From Thermodesulfobacteriota bacterium (lineage in GTDB: Bacteria > Desulfobacterota > GWC2-55-46 > JADFVP01): 58,429 nt of DNA. The DNA lies in contig JBHHVI010000005.1 of NCBI GenBank assembly GCA_046754225.1, forward strand, positions 1-58,429. The letters are read 5' to 3'. The notes under the pieces are model-generated. The model ran no database searches. It saw only the letters and a list, made by a program, of their open reading frames with translations, and was not told where the DNA came from. Numbering within the stretch: the first letter of the stretch is position 1; the number at the start of each line of letters is the position of its first letter. This document shows, in pieces, positions 18,568 to 27,892 of this stretch. Made by a program: the position numbers and the translations under genes.

Positions 18568-19638
18568 ATGTCCGACCCAAGGGTTAAAAAACTCGCTTCG
18601 ATCCTCATAAACCACTCCCTGGGAGTGAAAAAAGGCGAAAACGTACTTATCAGTTCGTCCTCTGAGATCGCCAAACCCCTTGTCCTCGAAGTCTACCGGG
18701 AGGCAATGTTGCGCGGGGCCAACCCTTCGCTCAATATAGCCTTTGAGGAGACGGCAAATATCTTTTACAAACTCGCCACAAAGGCGCAGTTAAAAAACTT
18801 TCCCAAGGCTAAACTCTACGAGGCCAAAAATATCGACTGCGTCGTAAATATCAGGGCCTCGGCGAACAAAAAGTCCCTGTCCAACATAAACCCGGCGAAG
18901 GTGGGCTTGAGGAGCAAGGTCTTAAGCCCCTTAAGGGACCTGATCGTAAATAAGAAGCGCTGGGTGCTATGCAACTATCCCACTAACGCCGGGGCCCAGG
19001 AAGCCGATATGAGCCTTGAGGAATATGAGAATTTTCTTTACGGCGCCACGAATATAGACTGGAAGAAGGAAAAAAAGAAACAGATGAAACTCAAGAAGGC
19101 GCTCGACAGGGCCTCGGTAGTAAGGATTAAGGGCAGGGACACCGACCTTACAATCGGCATTAAGGGGAGAAAGGCCATCCCCTGCTACGGCACATGCAAC
19201 ATGCCTGACGGCGAGGTCTTCCTCTCCCCCGTGGAAAATACGGCCGAAGGTCATATCTTTTACGAGATGCCCGCCATATACCAGGGGCGCGAGGTCACGG
19301 GCATAAGGCTCACCTTCGAAAAGGGCAGGGTCACCGGGGCGAGCGCGGAGAAGAACGAGGCGTTTTTGCTCGCCATGCTCGACACCGACAGGGGGGCGCG
19401 CTTCCTTGGTGAGCTGGGCATAGGCGTTAACTACGGCATAAAAAAATTCTCCAAGGACATACTCTTTGACGAAAAGATTGGCGGCACAGTGCACCTCGCC
19501 GTGGGGCGCTCCTACGAGGAGGCCGGCGGGGTGAACATCTCCGCCATCCACTGGGACATGATAAAGGACCTGAGAAAGGGCGGGGTCCTTTACCTCGACG
19601 GGGCGGCGATTCAAAAAAACGGCAGGTTCTTAATCTAA
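18568..19638 (+). CDS. Aminopeptidase, peptidase M29 family (AmpS/PepS-like)
   Basis: NMPDGEVF, LGELGIG, LFDEKIGGTVHLAVG and SAIHWDMI motifs; GGAGG RBS. Confidence 0.92.
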   Translation: MSDPRVKKLASILINHSLGVKKGENVLISSSSEIAKPLVLEVYREAMLRGANPSLNIAFEETANIFYKLATKAQLKNFPKAKLYEAKNIDCVVNIRASANKKSLSNINPAKVGLRSKVLSPLRDLIVNKKRWVLCNYPTNAGAQEADMSLEEYENFLYGATNIDWKKEKKKQMKLKKALDRASVVRIKGRDTDLTIGIKGRKAIPCYGTCNMPDGEVFLSPVENTAEGHIFYEMPAIYQGREVTGIRLTFEKGRVTGASAEKNEAFLLAMLDTDRGARFLGELGIGVNYGIKKFSKDILFDEKIGGTVHLAVGRSYEEAGGVNISAIHWDMIKDLRKGGVLYLDGAAIQKNGRFLI

Positions 19639-19643
19639 GAAAA

Positions 19644-21494
19644 GTGAAAAAGACCCTTCTCGCACACAATACCCTCGCGGTCATCTTTTTAGCGGCCCTG
19701 GTATCGACCGTTTACCTGAACACCCTTTCAAACGGCTTCGTCTCCGACGACGGTTTCCAGATACTCTTCAACCCCTGGATAAAGGGGCCGGGACACCTCG
19801 GTGAAATCTTCTCCGGTTACAGCGGCGAGTACTCTGGCAGGGCCCTTCAAAGGAGCACCTACAGGCCCTTAATATACGTGGTCTTCATGGCGGAATACGC
19901 CCTCTTCGGCCTCGCCCCCCGCGGATGGCACGCCGTAAACATCCTCTTTCACCTCCTGAACACCATCCTCGTCTTTTTTACCGCCTCTTTTCTTATACAG
20001 ACCTTACACTCCAATAAACAAGAAGACCGGTTCACGCCTACCCTCACCGCTCTTATAGCCGCCGCTCTATTCGCGACGCACCCCGCCAACAGCGAGACGG
20101 TTTCATGGGTTTCGGCGATACCTGAACTCTGCTTCACTTTCCTCGGACTTCTCTCTTTTTATACGCATATACGCTCTGGCGAGAGCGAAAGGGGCTCCGG
20201 CAAAGGGCCGGAGGGCCCAGGCCCCCTGAGATACTCAATCCCTGCCGCCCTCTTCTTTCTGGCCCTCCTCTTCAAGGAAACGGCCGCGGCCCTTCTTCCC
20301 CTTCTTTTCGTTTATGATATTTTGAGGGATAAAAAAACAACAATTAAAGGACTGAAAAGATATCTCCCTTACGGGGCGGCCTTTGCGGCCTACACGGTCA
20401 TAAGGATTGCCGTTTTAGGTCACCTGACTCCCGTGACAAAGGTCAACTATTACCTGAGCACCCAACAGTTTTTTCTGAACGGCGCCGCAGGTTTCATCAA
20501 GGCATTAAGGATGCTCGTCTTCCCGGTAAATGATTACCCCTTCCAGATATTCAAACCCCTTCTCTCAATCCTCGACCCATGGGCCTTAGTCTCCGTCCCC
20601 ATGACGGCGGTTATTATAATAGCCCTCTTTTTCCTGAGAAAAAAGGTCTCGCCCGTCTATATCCTCTCGGCGGCCATTATCGTCCTGCCGGTGCTGCCCG
20701 CACTTTACGCGCCGGCGGTGAGCCGCTTCGCCTTTGCCCAGAGATACCTCTACTTCTCCTCGGTGGGCTACGCCGTCTTTGTCGCCCTCCTCTTTAAAAG
20801 GCTCTCAACAGTGAGGGGCCCCGGCAACAGCCCCGCCTTAAGGCTCGGCGCCCTCTCCCTGTCGGCCCTTATGATACTTTTGTGCTCTTACGGGACAGCG
20901 AAAGCGAACCTGTACTGGCGGGACAACCTGACACTTGCCCGCTCGGCGCTGAAGGGGTCGCCGGACAATTACTTCGCCCTGTTCCAGATAGGCAACGAAC
21001 TCTCCAGTAAAAAGATCTACGGCGAAGCAATCGGCGCGTACAAGGGATCGATAGCAATCTTACAGGGGATGCGTTATCCCGAAAGGGCCATACTCAGGGA
21101 TGCCGGACTGGGCCTCGCGGATGTCTATTTTTCAGCTGGCATGACTGAGGACGCCTTAAAGGAGTACTCTTCTCTCGTCAAGGCCTATCCTCAAAACCCC
21201 ACCGTGAGATACAGGCTCGGGTATATCTATCAGCAAAAGGGGCTTTGCACGGAAGCCTTGACTTATTACGCCTCGGCGATCGTGTATTTTAAAGAGCCTT
21301 CCAACATAACAGACAGCCTTATAAACATGGGTAACTGCCTCATTAAAGAGAAAAGGTATGAAGAGGCGCGCTCGAGTTACTTAAAGGCGCTCATAGTTAC
21401 GCCCGGCGACCCGCTTGCGAAAAAGAATTTAAGGATTCTTGAAAACTTTTTGTCTCAGCAAAAAGCCGGCCTGAAGAGCGCCGAAAAGCCTTGA
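19644..21494 (+). CDS. TMTC-like GT-C membrane protein with C-terminal TPR repeats
   Basis: FVSDD, YRPL, WHAVNILFH, LFATHPANSETVSW, KETA, QRYLY and WRDNLTL motifs, followed by TPR-like helices. Confidence 0.8.
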   Translation: MKKTLLAHNTLAVIFLAALVSTVYLNTLSNGFVSDDGFQILFNPWIKGPGHLGEIFSGYSGEYSGRALQRSTYRPLIYVVFMAEYALFGLAPRGWHAVNILFHLLNTILVFFTASFLIQTLHSNKQEDRFTPTLTALIAAALFATHPANSETVSWVSAIPELCFTFLGLLSFYTHIRSGESERGSGKGPEGPGPLRYSIPAALFFLALLFKETAAALLPLLFVYDILRDKKTTIKGLKRYLPYGAAFAAYTVIRIAVLGHLTPVTKVNYYLSTQQFFLNGAAGFIKALRMLVFPVNDYPFQIFKPLLSILDPWALVSVPMTAVIIIALFFLRKKVSPVYILSAAIIVLPVLPALYAPAVSRFAFAQRYLYFSSVGYAVFVALLFKRLSTVRGPGNSPALRLGALSLSALMILLCSYGTAKANLYWRDNLTLARSALKGSPDNYFALFQIGNELSSKKIYGEAIGAYKGSIAILQGMRYPERAILRDAGLGLADVYFSAGMTEDALKEYSSLVKAYPQNPTVRYRLGYIYQQKGLCTEALTYYASAIVYFKEPSNITDSLINMGNCLIKEKRYEEARSSYLKALIVTPGDPLAKKNLRILENFLSQQKAGLKSAEKP

Positions 21495-21519
21495 CACACA
21501 AGGGCGCAGAAGATATTAT
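21491..21519 (+). promoter_or_regulatory. Sigma70-type promoter for the gmhA-argH-lysA-dap run
   Basis: TTGACA (21491-21496), 17-bp spacer, TATTAT (21514-21519). Confidence 0.65.
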
Positions 21520-21604
21520 CAATTGCCTGTTTTTTCTTACCTTACAATATTCAGGGTAATCCCCGCGCCGCGGTCCGATAAAAATTTACGGGAAAAATTG
21601 ACGG

Positions 21605-22186
21605 ATGGAAACCAATATAATCGCTAAATCCTTTAAGGAGAGCGTAAAGACCAAGGAGCAATTTTTCACAAAAAAGAACACGGCGCTGCTCGCGCGTTCG
21701 GCGGAGGCCGTTGTGGAATCCTTCAAAGCGGGCGGAAAACTCTTTATAGCCGGAAACGGCGGGTCAGCCGCCGACGCCCAGCACGTGGCCGCCGAGCTTG
21801 TAAACAGGTTTGAGATAGAAAGGCCGCCTCTGCCGGCCCTCGCCCTTACCACCGACACATCCAACATAACGAGCATCGGAAACGATTACTCCTTCGACGA
21901 GGTTTTTTCAAAACAACTGAGGGCACTGGGCGGCGGGGCGGATGTGCTCCTTGCCATATCCACAAGCGGCGATTCCCCGAACATCATAAAAGCGGCCGAG
22001 GCCGCGAGGGCGATGGGCATCAGGGTCATAGCCCTTACGGGCAAGGACGGGGGCAAGCTCGCGGAGTTGTCGGACTTTAACCTGAACGTAAAGTCCGAGA
22101 GGACGGCCAGAGTCCAGGAGACCCATATAACGATCTGCCACATACTCTGCGAACTCATCGACTACATGCTTTTTAAAAAGGTTTGA
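21605..22186 (+). CDS. gmhA: D-sedoheptulose 7-phosphate isomerase
   Basis: GNGGSAADAQH, IGNDY, ISTSG and TARVQETH motifs. Confidence 0.95.
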   Translation: METNIIAKSFKESVKTKEQFFTKKNTALLARSAEAVVESFKAGGKLFIAGNGGSAADAQHVAAELVNRFEIERPPLPALALTTDTSNITSIGNDYSFDEVFSKQLRALGGGADVLLAISTSGDSPNIIKAAEAARAMGIRVIALTGKDGGKLAELSDFNLNVKSERTARVQETHITICHILCELIDYMLFKKV

Positions 22187-22193
22187 TGGTTAA

Positions 22194-23141
22194 ATGAAGA
22201 TAAAAGAAATCTCATCAAGGGGCCTGAAGACCTATTCCATCAGGGATAGAAAAAGCAAGGTCACTATAGGCGACTTCGCCCGGCCTTACAGCCCGGGTTC
22301 ATCGGTAAAGGATTTTCTGGAAACGCTTCCAAATATACTCGGCGCGCGGGATTTCCGCTCCGTTGTATCGGCCGTTACAAAGGCGCACAGGCAGGCCCGG
22401 ACGGTGGCTCTCGGCATGGGGGCGCACGTCATAAAGGTCGGACTCGGCCCTGTCATCATAGACCTTATTGACAGGGGTATTGTCAGCGCCGTGGCCATGA
22501 ACGGGGCCTCAGTGGTCCACGACTTCGAGGCGGCCTACGCCGGATGCACATCCGAAGACGTTGACGCGGAGATCCTCGCCGGCTCCTTCGGCATGGCGAG
22601 AGAAACGGGCACGCTCCTTAACAGGGCCATAAAAAAAGGGGCCGATAAAGGGCTCGGCTCAGCCGTCGGCGAGATGATAGAGAGATCGAGATACCCATAT
22701 AAGAACAAGAGTATTTTGGCCGCCTGTCACAGAAACTCCATACCCTGCACAATACACGTGGCCCTCGGCACCGACATACTCCACATCCACCCGCAGATGG
22801 ACGGCGCGGCCACGGGCAAGGCCTCGATGAAGGACTTCAAGTTATTCACCTCAGTCGTCGCCAGCCTTGAGGAAGGGGTTTATCTCAACATAGGCTCGGC
22901 GGTGATACTGCCCGAGGTCTTTTTGAAGGCCCTGACGCTCGTGAGGAACCTCGGCCACAAGGTTAAAAATATTACAACGGTAAATATGGATTTTTTGCAG
23001 CACTACAGGCCCATTACCAATGTGGTGAGAAGGCCCACAAAGGGCGGCGGAAAGGGTTTTTCTCTTACCGGCCACCACGAGATTATGGTGCCTCTGCTTT
23101 GCGCCTCCATAATGGAAAAGCTTGAGAGCCTGAAAAAATGA
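22194..23141 (+). CDS. Conserved hypothetical protein, deoxyhypusine-synthase-like fold
   Basis: GMGAHVIKVGL, FGMARETG, NIGSAVILPEVFLKA and GHHEIMVP motifs. G-G-SAV-PE-type segments recall the DHS-like family. Confidence 0.6.
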   Translation: MKIKEISSRGLKTYSIRDRKSKVTIGDFARPYSPGSSVKDFLETLPNILGARDFRSVVSAVTKAHRQARTVALGMGAHVIKVGLGPVIIDLIDRGIVSAVAMNGASVVHDFEAAYAGCTSEDVDAEILAGSFGMARETGTLLNRAIKKGADKGLGSAVGEMIERSRYPYKNKSILAACHRNSIPCTIHVALGTDILHIHPQMDGAATGKASMKDFKLFTSVVASLEEGVYLNIGSAVILPEVFLKALTLVRNLGHKVKNITTVNMDFLQHYRPITNVVRRPTKGGGKGFSLTGHHEIMVPLLCASIMEKLESLKK

Positions 23142-24529
23142 AGAAAAGCAAGCGGCAAAAGGCCTGGGCCGGACGGTTCAGCAAGCCCGTCCATAAACTC
23201 ACCGACGAACTGAACGCCTCCATAGGGTTTGACTTGAGGCTCTTCAGACACGACATTCGCGGCTCCATAGCCCACGCATTGATCCTCGCCGAGGCCGGCG
23301 TTATTACAAAATCCGAATCGAAAAAGATCATCTCCGGGCTAAAGGGGGTTGAAAAGGATATCGCCTCCGGGGCCTTCAGGCCCGGCGTGGAGCTTGAGGA
23401 CATACACATGGCCGTGGAGTCGCGCCTTATCAAAAAGATAGGCGCCCTTGGCGGAAAACTCCACACGGGAAGGTCAAGAAACGACCAGGTCGCCCTCGAT
23501 ATAAGGCTTTTTCTTAAAGAGGAAATAAACGCCGTACTCGGCCTCCTCGTAGAACTCAAAAAGACGCTGGTCGGCCTTGCGGAAAAGAACATCGACTGCG
23601 TAATGCCGGGCTACACACATCTTCAGAGGGCGCAGCCCGTCCTCTTCAGCCACCACCTCCTCGCCTATTACGAGATGTTCGGCCGCGACTCTGCAAGGCT
23701 CAATGACTGCCTTAAAAGGGTGGACGTCCTGCCGCTCGGGGCCGGGGCCCTGGCGGGAAGCCCCTATAAACTTAACAGAAGACTCGCCGCGCGCCTTCTC
23801 GGCTTTTCAGCCGTCACCGTCAACAGCATGGACAGCGTAAGCGACCGCGATTTTATAATAGAGTTCTTGAGCGCCGCCGCCATTATCGCCATGCACCTTT
23901 CGAGACTGTCCGAGGAGCTCATTATCTGGTCGAGCAGCGAGTTCGGCTTTGTGGAGATTCCCGACGAGTTCGCAACAGGCTCGTCCATCATGCCGCAGAA
24001 AAAAAACCCCGACATAGCGGAGCTCGCGCGTGGCAAGACGGGGCGCGTATACGGCAGTCTCATGGCCATGCTTACCGTAATGAAGGCCCTTCCCCTCGCC
24101 TACAACAAAGACATGCAGGAGGACAAGGAACCCCTCTTCGACACCGTCGATACCGTGAAAAACCTTCTAAGGGTCTTCAGCCCCATGCTCAAGGGCCTGA
24201 AAATAAACGGAACGCGCATGAGCGAGGCGGCGGAAGGCGGCTTTTTAAACGCCACTGACGCCGCCGACTACCTCACCAAAAAGGGGCTCCCCTTCAGGGA
24301 GGCGCACAGGGTCGTGGGAGAGATCGTAGCCCGCTGCATCAACAAAGGCGTCACCCTTCAAGACATGACCCTCGCAGAGTGGAAGGGGTTTTCGCCCCTC
24401 TTTGGTCCGGACATAAAAAAGACGGTATCAATAAAAAACTCCGTCAACAGCAGGACGGTTCCCGGGGGCACGTCGACGGCCAACGTTAAAAGGCGTATAA
24501 GAAAAATATTGTCCGGGGAGCTGGATTGA
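23138..24529 (+). CDS. argH: Argininosuccinate lyase
   Basis: WAGRF, EDIH, HTGRSRNDQ, MPGYTHLQRAQP and GSSIMPQKKNPD motifs. Confidence 0.97.
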   Translation: MKKSKRQKAWAGRFSKPVHKLTDELNASIGFDLRLFRHDIRGSIAHALILAEAGVITKSESKKIISGLKGVEKDIASGAFRPGVELEDIHMAVESRLIKKIGALGGKLHTGRSRNDQVALDIRLFLKEEINAVLGLLVELKKTLVGLAEKNIDCVMPGYTHLQRAQPVLFSHHLLAYYEMFGRDSARLNDCLKRVDVLPLGAGALAGSPYKLNRRLAARLLGFSAVTVNSMDSVSDRDFIIEFLSAAAIIAMHLSRLSEELIIWSSSEFGFVEIPDEFATGSSIMPQKKNPDIAELARGKTGRVYGSLMAMLTVMKALPLAYNKDMQEDKEPLFDTVDTVKNLLRVFSPMLKGLKINGTRMSEAAEGGFLNATDAADYLTKKGLPFREAHRVVGEIVARCINKGVTLQDMTLAEWKGFSPLFGPDIKKTVSIKNSVNSRTVPGGTSTANVKRRIRKILSGELD

Positions 24530-24548
24530 GGCTTCTTTATAGTTTAAA

Positions 24549-24677
24549 ATGGAATTGAAAAAAGAATTTTTAATTGTTATCTTTATAGTCTGTCTCAGCG
24601 CGGCGCTCGTGGGGTGCGGCAAAAAGGCCCCGCCTCTACCCCCCTACGAAAAGGCGGCGGCCCAGGGCACAGGATAA
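24549..24677 (+). CDS. Small lipoprotein, LptM/YifL/LppL-like (42 aa, not in the ORF track)
   Basis: MELKKEFLIVIFIVCLSAALVGCGKKAPPLPPYEKAAAQGTG: signal peptide, lipobox LVGC and a CGxK-Pro-rich tail, directly upstream of lysA-dapF. Confidence 0.75.
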   Translation: MELKKEFLIVIFIVCLSAALVGCGKKAPPLPPYEKAAAQGTG

Positions 24678-24838
24678 ACCCCGGCGCGACTTTGAAAAGC
24701 CCTCTCAAGGTCTTCAAGGATTTTTACTGAGTTTTTTTGCGCTCTTAAACTCCTCCCTTACATCTAAAGGGACGTAATTAACGGCAGGCAAAAGGCCGGG
24801 AATTCTTAAAAAAAAATTTACCGGAGGCTTGTCGGCAG

Positions 24839-26113
24839 ATGCATTTTTTCCGTTACAGGGGTAAATTCCTCTACGCCGAGGGCGTAAGGGTGGACAAAAT
24901 CGCCTCCGCCGTGGGCACCCCGGTCTTCATATACAGCGATAAGACGCTGAAGAGGCATTACAGGGCCTTTGATTCCGCCTTTAAAAAGGTCCCCCACCTC
25001 ATCTGCTATTCCGTAAAGGCCAACTCCAACCTCTCCGTAATAAAGACCTTCGTGGACGAAGGAAGCGGCTTTGATATCGTTTCAGGGGGGGAGCTTTACA
25101 GGGCCTTAAAGGCCGGAGCCGACCCGGGCCGTATAGTCTTTTCAGGAGTAGGCAAGACCGAAGAGGAGATTCTCTACGCCATTAAAAAGAATATACTCCT
25201 CTTTAATGTTGAAAGCCCGCAGGAACTGCGGTCCATAGACAGGGTAGCGGGAAGTCTCAAGAAAAAGGCGCGCTTCGCCATTCGGGTGAACCCCGACGTG
25301 GACCCCAGGACCCACCCCTATATATCGACGGGGCTCAAGAAGAACAAATTCGGCATAGAGACGGCCGAGGCGGTAAAGGAATATATTTACGCGAAGTTCA
25401 ACCTCAAAAACGTGGAGCCCCTGGGGATCGACTGCCACATAGGCTCTCAGATAACGAGCATCGGCCCCTTTGTGGACGCCCTCAGAAAAACTAAAAGACT
25501 CGTCCGCACCTTGAGGAAAGAGGGGGTGGATATAACTTATCTCGACCTCGGGGGAGGTCTCGGCATAACATACGACAGGGAGGCGCCCCCGAACCCGTCG
25601 AAATACGGTGAGGCGGTCATAAGGGAGACCCGCGGGCTCGACGTGACACTTATATTCGAACCCGGAAGGGTCATAGCCGGCAACGCCGGGATACTCGTCG
25701 CGCGAGTTTTATATACAAAGAAGTCGCCTCAAAAGAACTTCATAATAGTCGACGCCGCCATGAACGACCTGGCAAGGCCGTGCCTTTACGGCTCCTACCA
25801 CGCCGTAAAAGCCGTTACAGACCACGGTAGAGGTGAGATAACGGCGGACGTGGTGGGCCCCGTGTGCGAGAGCGGGGATTTCTTCGCCAGGGACAGGATT
25901 ATGGCCGATGTGAAACCGGGGGAACTTATCGCCGTTATGAGCGCCGGTGCCTACGGCTTTACCATGTCGAGCAATTACAACAGCAGGAGGAGGGCCGCGG
26001 AAGTGATAGTAAAGGGGCGTGAATACATTATCGCGAGGGGGCGTGAAAGATTAAGCGACCTCATAAGGGGCGAAGAGCTGCCCTGGAGCGTTTACAAAAA
26101 CAGGAAGAACTGA
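24839..26113 (+). CDS. lysA: Diaminopimelate decarboxylase
   Basis: YSVKAN, HPYISTG-NKFG, HIGSQ, EPGR, GPVCESGD and GAYG-MSSNYN motifs. Confidence 0.97.
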   Translation: MHFFRYRGKFLYAEGVRVDKIASAVGTPVFIYSDKTLKRHYRAFDSAFKKVPHLICYSVKANSNLSVIKTFVDEGSGFDIVSGGELYRALKAGADPGRIVFSGVGKTEEEILYAIKKNILLFNVESPQELRSIDRVAGSLKKKARFAIRVNPDVDPRTHPYISTGLKKNKFGIETAEAVKEYIYAKFNLKNVEPLGIDCHIGSQITSIGPFVDALRKTKRLVRTLRKEGVDITYLDLGGGLGITYDREAPPNPSKYGEAVIRETRGLDVTLIFEPGRVIAGNAGILVARVLYTKKSPQKNFIIVDAAMNDLARPCLYGSYHAVKAVTDHGRGEITADVVGPVCESGDFFARDRIMADVKPGELIAVMSAGAYGFTMSSNYNSRRRAAEVIVKGREYIIARGRERLSDLIRGEELPWSVYKNRKN

Positions 26114-26117
26114 ACCC

Positions 26118-26936
26118 ATGAAACTCAAATTCACGAAGATGCACGGCCTGGGCAACGATTTTATCCTCCTCGACCTTAGAAAAAAGGATATACCCGCCGT
26201 GCCGAAGCTGGTTAAAAGGCTTGCCCTGAGGAGGTTCGGGATAGGTTTCGACCAGGCCCTTATACTCAAAAAATCCTCAAAGGCCGATTTCAGGATGGAT
26301 ATCTATAACGGTGACGGCGGGAGGGTTGAGATGTGCGGCAACGGCATAAGGTGCTTCGCTCGCTATATCTGGTCGAGAAGGCTTTCGGGGAAAAAGCGCC
26401 TTGATATCGAGACCCTCGCAGGCATAATAAGGCCGGAAAGAGTCGATTCTCTCGTAAGGGTCGACATGGGAGAGCCAGTGCTCGAAGGCAGGCTCGTACC
26501 CACGGCGGCTGACGGCATTGTAAAAGACCGGCCCCTGAAGGTCCTGGACAGGACCTTCAAGGTCACCTGCGTCTCCATGGGAAACCCCCACTCGGTAATA
26601 TTCATAGACGACGTAGAAGGTTTTAACGTGGCGAAATACGGCCCCGCCATTGAGACAAACAAACTGTTCCCGAAAAAGACAAACGTCGAGTTTATTCAGG
26701 TCCTCAGCAGAAAGAGGCTCAAGATGCGCGTATGGGAAAGGGGGGCCGGCGAGACCCTTGCCTGCGGCACGGGGGCCGCGGCCGCGGCGGTGGCCTCACA
26801 CATCAAGGGTTTCTCTGACCGCGTTGTAAGCGTCATATTAAAAGGCGGCAAACTCAAAATAGAATGGGCGAGGGACGGCCGCGTTTACATGACGGGGCCC
26901 GCCGAAGAGGTCTTTACCGGAGAGTTTGTGGTATAA
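26118..26936 (+). CDS. dapF: Diaminopimelate epimerase
   Basis: KMHGLGNDF, MCGNGIRC, GNPH and ERGAGETLACGTG motifs. Confidence 0.97.
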   Translation: MKLKFTKMHGLGNDFILLDLRKKDIPAVPKLVKRLALRRFGIGFDQALILKKSSKADFRMDIYNGDGGRVEMCGNGIRCFARYIWSRRLSGKKRLDIETLAGIIRPERVDSLVRVDMGEPVLEGRLVPTAADGIVKDRPLKVLDRTFKVTCVSMGNPHSVIFIDDVEGFNVAKYGPAIETNKLFPKKTNVEFIQVLSRKRLKMRVWERGAGETLACGTGAAAAAVASHIKGFSDRVVSVILKGGKLKIEWARDGRVYMTGPAEEVFTGEFVV

Positions 26937-27003
26937 TTGCTTGAAGTCCCGGGGAAAATTTTCTATAAAGTACGGTAGAGAGATAAAAGACGGAGGAGAG
27001 AAA

Positions 27004-27888
27004 ATGTTCACAGGCGCTATCACCGCCCTTGTAACGCCTTTCAAGGACGGCAGAGTCGACGAAAAGACGTTTAAGGGCCTTGTAGACTCCCAGATAGAAA
27101 AGGGAATTTCCGGGCTCGTGCCCTGCGGAACCACAGGCGAGTCCGCCACCCTCGACTACAACGAACACAACCGTGTTATCGAGCTTACCATAGAGGCCTC
27201 TTCGGGCAGGGTCCCCGTCATAGCAGGGACCGGCTCCAACTCCACGGCGGAGACGGTGATGCTCACGAAACACGCCGAAAAAGCCGGCGCCGACGCGGCG
27301 CTTTTAATCACCCCTTATTACAACAAGCCCTCTCAGGAGGGGCTTTACGAGCATTACAGAAGGGTCTCCGAGGAGGTGGATATACCCATTGTCCTCTATA
27401 ACGTGCCTTCAAGGACGAGCGTGAATATGTCGGCAGAGACGGTGGCGAGGCTCTCGGAATTTAAAAACATAGTGGCCGTAAAGGAAGCCACCGGGGACTT
27501 AAGCCAGATAAGCAAGATTATAGAATTCTCCGTTGAGGGTTTTTCCGTAATCTCCGGTGACGACTTTACCACGCTCCCCATACTTGCCGTCGGCGGCAAG
27601 GGGGTTATTTCGGTGACTTCCAACATAGTGCCCGGCGATGTATCTTCCATGGTAGAGAGGTTTTTCTCCGGGGATATTGACGGGGCGAGAGAGCTTCATT
27701 ACAGACTCCAGGTCCTTAACCGCGCAATGTTCGTTGATACGAACCCCGTGCCCGTAAAGACCGCTCTGGCCCTCATGGGCATAATAGACGAGGAGTTCAG
27801 GCTTCCGCTCGTAAAGATTTCGGCAACGAACAGGACGAAGGTTATAAACGCCCTTGAGGCTTACGGCCTCGGGGTCCAGAGGGGTTAG
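27004..27888 (+). CDS. dapA: 4-hydroxy-tetrahydrodipicolinate synthase
   Basis: MFTGAITALVTPF after a GGAG RBS; GTTGES, PYYNKP, YNVPSRT and KEATG motifs. Confidence 0.97.
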   Translation: MFTGAITALVTPFKDGRVDEKTFKGLVDSQIEKGISGLVPCGTTGESATLDYNEHNRVIELTIEASSGRVPVIAGTGSNSTAETVMLTKHAEKAGADAALLITPYYNKPSQEGLYEHYRRVSEEVDIPIVLYNVPSRTSVNMSAETVARLSEFKNIVAVKEATGDLSQISKIIEFSVEGFSVISGDDFTTLPILAVGGKGVISVTSNIVPGDVSSMVERFFSGDIDGARELHYRLQVLNRAMFVDTNPVPVKTALALMGIIDEEFRLPLVKISATNRTKVINALEAYGLGVQRG

Positions 27889-27892
27889 GCCA

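Noticed and set aside
24678-24838. Lysine or c-di-GMP riboswitch upstream of lysA
   Set aside because: I could not find the conserved aptamer motifs by eye; an Rfam scan would settle it.
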